A program made the position numbers and the translations under genes. Shown piece by piece: positions 60,587 through 64,000 of a stretch of DNA of 64,000 nt. The notes beneath the pieces are model-generated. The model did no database searches. It had not been told where the DNA came from and was given only the letters and a program-made list of their open reading frames with translations. The stretch spans positions 416,001 through 480,000 of the forward strand of contig CAWAHW010000007.1 of assembly GCA_963781885.1 (NCBI GenBank), in the 5' to 3' direction. The stretch's first letter is position 1. The number at the start of each line of letters is the position of its first letter. Source of the stretch: an uncultured Spirochaetota bacterium. GTDB taxonomy: Bacteria; Spirochaetota; Spirochaetia; SZUA-6; Fen-1364.

Positions 60587-62977
60587 CTACTTGAGCGGGA
60601 AATCCTGCTTGAACTCATAATCCCCACTGTTGACGTTCACCACGGACACTTGGAGTGAATCCGGATCCGACGCCACCAGGGGGAAGTAACGCGCGATGGG
60701 AGACTTGGAGGGTGGCTGGATGTAGGCCGAAGATGGCACAGCCGTCTCCAGCAATGAGAAATAGATGATCTTGTCGACTCCATAGTACGACTTCAAGGTC
60801 GTGATTGTCGCGGCAGGCGCAACGGGCGCAGCAGGCGCTGCCGCCGCAGCCCCGGCCGTTGTCGCCGATCCCGCGGCGGGAGCCGCGGCAGGCGCAGCGG
60901 GCGTCACGGGTGGAGGGGCCATCGAAATCCACTTGGAGATCAGGAGAGGCGACAGATAGAGCATTTCCTCCGTGTCCGCGTCCGTATTCGCCGCCTTGGG
61001 GTTCGCCAGACGCACCGATTTCAGGATCAGGTAGCGCGAGTACAACGATTCCATCTTTTCATTCGGCGCCGCGTCACCCGCGACGAGCGCCGTGCACAGC
61101 CCGTCCTCGAACCACGTCTGCATCAGGTTGATCGCGACGGTCAGGTTGAGCTCCTGGGTCGGAGTCAAGGTGTCCTCCGCCTTTTTCTTGCCGCCGAATC
61201 CCATCTTCGACCAGAACGACGGGGGCACTTTGGGAATGGGCTCACCGAACGTGCGCAGGACCTCGTAGGCGTCGAAGTAGCTCATCATGAGCGCCTGCTG
61301 GTCGCTGCCCGGCGGGATCCTGTTGAGGATGAAGTCCTCTGCGGACGGCTTTTCATTCCCCGGTGTCTGACCTGCCGTGATGTCGCTGATGTAGTTGTTG
61401 GCGATCTCCATGCGGCGATTGATGAGGGCGGTATGGGTTGTGTCGGTGACGACGCCCGCGCTCCGCAACGCATCCGCGAGCCCCGTGAACGACCGTGTGC
61501 GCGCGAAGCAGCGATAGAGCACGCTCTGATCCAGCTCCGCATCCGTGCCGAGCGTGAGGAAATCGCTGAGCACGACACGGCCGTTGTCGGCCATGTCGAT
61601 GATCTTGATGTAGATACCCAGAATCTTGCCGCTCAGCTCCAGGTCCTTTTCCCCCTGGAGGAGCTGCACGCCCTGGATCTTCTTCCACAGCACCCGGTAG
61701 CCGATCATGTACTGCGCGCCGTAGTAGTTCTTGAACTGCGTATAGTCTCCGCCGAGGACGGGGTTGATGTAGTGCACGGCGTGTGCAAGCTGCCAGGGCT
61801 GCTTGTACTGCCGGGGGAAGAGCTTGTCGACGATTGTGACGGTCTGGGTGGAGGAAAGCTGGAATGACCCGAAGAAGCCTTCCAGCGCGTTCTCCACCGC
61901 GAAGTCCTCCCTCGTGATGGGATACGATCCAAAGATCGGGATGTCGTCGATTTTCATGAGCACGGCTGTCATCGAGCGCACACCCTGGTCCCGAAGGGAA
62001 CGGACGAAGGCGTCTTTCTGGGCGCTGACGGCCTGCGGCGGGATGGTGAGCCGAAGGGTGCCGAGGAAGGGAGTCTTTTCCTTCGGGAACTTGTCCGAGA
62101 GCAGGCTCTTTGTTCCGCTCCACAGGATCTTTCCGCCCCGCGCGATATCGATGAGACGGAAGCTCACCTGGATGCCGACGTAATCCATCATGCCCATGGC
62201 GACAACGTTGTTGATCGAATACATCAGAAGCTTCGAGATCTTGTTCGGATCGTAGGTCTTCTGGACGTTGCTCCACGTGCTGAAATTGATCATGTCGGTG
62301 CCGAAAACCAGTCTGCCCGCGAGCAGATCCTTCAAGCTCTTCTGCGATTCATCCGGAACGTCCTTCAGGTCCATGGCGGGGGTCACCAGGCGTTCGAAGC
62401 CCTTCCCCTGCTTCTTGAGCACGGCGCTGAGAAGGCCGCTTTCGAACGAGTCAATGAAATAGGGGTTGGCCTTGACAAATTCGTTCAGGGAAAAATTGCC
62501 GAGCCCTGAATACCCGGCGCCCGCGAGCGTGCGCCCCAGGAGGAGCTCGTCGTACTTGTCTCCGCTGGTCTTCAGCTTATAGACCTTCTTGCCGCTGTCC
62601 AGAGAGAACAGGTCGCTGAGTATCTTCACCTCGGGAATGGGGCCGTTGGGGCTCGTCTCCCGGGGCTTGAACAGCTTCTGGACGTTGGGCTGGATGATTC
62701 CTTCGAAGTCCTCCTGCTTCACCTCCAGCGGGGTCGGCACGAAACGCCACGCGTCGGCTCCGTAGAACGCGGGCATGTTGGCGAGCAGGATGCGGTCTCC
62801 CCGCTCCACGAATTGATCGACAATCGGCTGCAGCGCGTCCTGGGCCAGCTTGTAGACGTCGGAGTTGTTGATGGCTTCGAGCTTCGACGGCTCCGGGGGC
62901 GTCGACTTGCAGCCGACGAAGACTGCGAAGACGCAGAGCACGACGGCGGGAACGGCGACACGGCGGCCTGTTCGCAT
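60587..62977 (-). CDS. Large lipoprotein with three internal CsgG/LpoB-like repeats
   Basis: AAGGAGG RBS, lipobox FVGC. Repeated segments ending FRLIDIARGGKILW, IKIIDMADNGRVVL and VSVVNVNSGDYEF. Confidence 0.7.
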   Translation of the reverse strand: MRTGRRVAVPAVVLCVFAVFVGCKSTPPEPSKLEAINNSDVYKLAQDALQPIVDQFVERGDRILLANMPAFYGADAWRFVPTPLEVKQEDFEGIIQPNVQKLFKPRETSPNGPIPEVKILSDLFSLDSGKKVYKLKTSGDKYDELLLGRTLAGAGYSGLGNFSLNEFVKANPYFIDSFESGLLSAVLKKQGKGFERLVTPAMDLKDVPDESQKSLKDLLAGRLVFGTDMINFSTWSNVQKTYDPNKISKLLMYSINNVVAMGMMDYVGIQVSFRLIDIARGGKILWSGTKSLLSDKFPKEKTPFLGTLRLTIPPQAVSAQKDAFVRSLRDQGVRSMTAVLMKIDDIPIFGSYPITREDFAVENALEGFFGSFQLSSTQTVTIVDKLFPRQYKQPWQLAHAVHYINPVLGGDYTQFKNYYGAQYMIGYRVLWKKIQGVQLLQGEKDLELSGKILGIYIKIIDMADNGRVVLSDFLTLGTDAELDQSVLYRCFARTRSFTGLADALRSAGVVTDTTHTALINRRMEIANNYISDITAGQTPGNEKPSAEDFILNRIPPGSDQQALMMSYFDAYEVLRTFGEPIPKVPPSFWSKMGFGGKKKAEDTLTPTQELNLTVAINLMQTWFEDGLCTALVAGDAAPNEKMESLYSRYLILKSVRLANPKAANTDADTEEMLYLSPLLISKWISMAPPPVTPAAPAAAPAAGSATTAGAAAAAPAAPVAPAATITTLKSYYGVDKIIYFSLLETAVPSSAYIQPPSKSPIARYFPLVASDPDSLQVSVVNVNSGDYEFKQDFPLK

Positions 62978-63046
62978 GACACCCTCCTTGGCTCCCTCGA
63001 GATTCATTCCATGGACGAGGGGAAAGAGAACAATACTGTCAGGCGC

Positions 63047-63136
63047 CGATCCGGTGACGTGTCATTGTCTGAGTGAGGACGGAGCGGGACCCGATGGACC
63101 GCTCCCTGTGCATTCTCATTGACACTTCACCAATCG
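63047..63136 (-). ncRNA. Candidate structured 5' leader RNA (long imperfect hairpin)
   Basis: Nested pairings CGAT/ATCG, GGTGA/TCACC, GTGTCA/TGACAC, TGAG/CTCA and GGAGCGG/CCGCTCC between a putative promoter and the lipoprotein RBS. Confidence 0.45.
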
Positions 63137-63155
63137 ACTGCTGCTGAATAACCTG

Positions 63156-63184
63156 ACCGTACCACCCCGTGACGGCCTCGTCAA
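63156..63184 (-). promoter_or_regulatory. Putative promoter of the lipoprotein-OMP-caspase operon
   Basis: TTGACG-N17-TACGGT with extended TG. The -35 overlaps the palindrome TGACG-N4-CGTCA (63170-63183). Confidence 0.5.
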
Positions 63185-63190
63185 GGCGTC

Positions 63191-64000
63191 TTAGGGGGGC
63201 ACGATCACTTCCCAGGTGTCGAAGTCTTCCGAGATGCCTTTTGCCGTGATGCGGCCCGCGAAACGGGTGCTCACCGCCTCTTTCACCGCGTCGTAGACCG
63301 GCGCGCTCACCAGGACGCCGTCCACGGGAGCCTTGCTTTCCAGCCGTGAGCCGAGGTTCACGTTCGCGCCGATGGCGGTATAGGCCATGATGCGGCGCGA
63401 GCCCATGTCCCCGACGACCGCCTCGCCCGTATTGATGCCAATGCGGATGTGGAGCTGCGCCCGCCCCTCCGCCTCCCAGCGCTCCCGCAGACCCCGCAGG
63501 GCTTGCTGCATCTCGATGCCGGTCCGCACGGCGCGCAGCGCGTGGTCGCTCTGGGGGAGCGGATCGCCGAAGAATGCCATGAGTCCGTCGCCGATGAACT
63601 TGTCCACCGTGCCTTCGTGGCGGAAAACGATCTCCGTCATCACCTCGAAATACTCGTTGAGCGTGCGGTGGATCGCATCCGGCGTCTGGGTGGTTGACCA
63701 GGAGGTGAAACCCGAGATGTCGCTGAACAGCACCGTGATCACCTTCTGGTCCGCCGTCATGAGCCTGTCCTGGCTGGCGAGGATCTTCGTCATGAGCTTG
63801 GGGGCGAAATAGCGCTCCATGCGCAGCCGGAAGGCGAGCTTCTCCCTCTCCGAGAGGAGGAACCGGTACGCGTTTACTGCGATCAGGAGCAGCACCACGC
63901 CGAGGGTGGGCGCCGCGAGCGTCGGCATGATGCCGCCCGCCGCGAAGAGCCAGAACTCCGCCGCGACGAGGGCCGCCCAGGCGAGCAGGCAGAGCAGCGA
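63191..64000 (-). CDS. Membrane-bound class III adenylate/guanylate cyclase (5' part outside the window; possibly CHASE2-type)
   Basis: TM helices, then LFSDISGFT, VDKFIGDGLMAFFG, RIGINTG, YTAIG.NVNLGSRLE. Frame is open to the window end. Confidence 0.92.
   Translation of the reverse strand, partial: SLLCLLAWAALVAAEFWLFAAGGIMPTLAAPTLGVVLLLIAVNAYRFLLSEREKLAFRLRMERYFAPKLMTKILASQDRLMTADQKVITVLFSDISGFTSWSTTQTPDAIHRTLNEYFEVMTEIVFRHEGTVDKFIGDGLMAFFGDPLPQSDHALRAVRTGIEMQQALRGLRERWEAEGRAQLHIRIGINTGEAVVGDMGSRRIMAYTAIGANVNLGSRLESKAPVDGVLVSAPVYDAVKEAVSTRFAGRITAKGISEDFDTWEVIVPP

Noticed and set aside
63047-63136. Known riboswitch, SRP RNA or 6S RNA
   Set aside because: GCACAGGG recalls c-di-GMP-I, but the GCAAA/GNRA elements are missing. 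There is no SRP GGAA loop motif, and it is too short for 6S. Kept only as an unknown structure.
1-64000. tRNA, rRNA, CRISPR arrays, transposases, integrases, prophage genes
   Set aside because: None recognised. Intergenic spaces are short and accounted for.

Overview
High-GC bacterial chromosomal segment, most likely from an environmental Spirochaetota genome (inferred from spirochaete-type DUF4037, DnaK-domain/LysM and Slt proteins; not proven). It holds about 48 CDS. Housekeeping genes: nrdJ, mnmE-mnmG-rsmG, ftsK, nadA, hrpB, gltBD. Accessory blocks: an A2-type cytochrome c oxidase cluster, a GH127 sugar-ABC regulon with a visible operator, and a TolC/MFP/RND pump. At the right end is an uncharacterised three-gene envelope operon: a lipoprotein with three CsgG/LpoB-like repeats, a CsgG-like/coiled-coil/beta-barrel protein, and a secreted caspase-PEGA-FGE protein. 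It has a long structured leader and an upstream membrane adenylate cyclase, and is the best candidate for an undescribed system. Eight genes carry single-base frameshifts, most likely long-read or assembly errors. I saw no rRNA, tRNA, CRISPR array or mobile element. All domain calls are by-eye motif recognition, not database searches.
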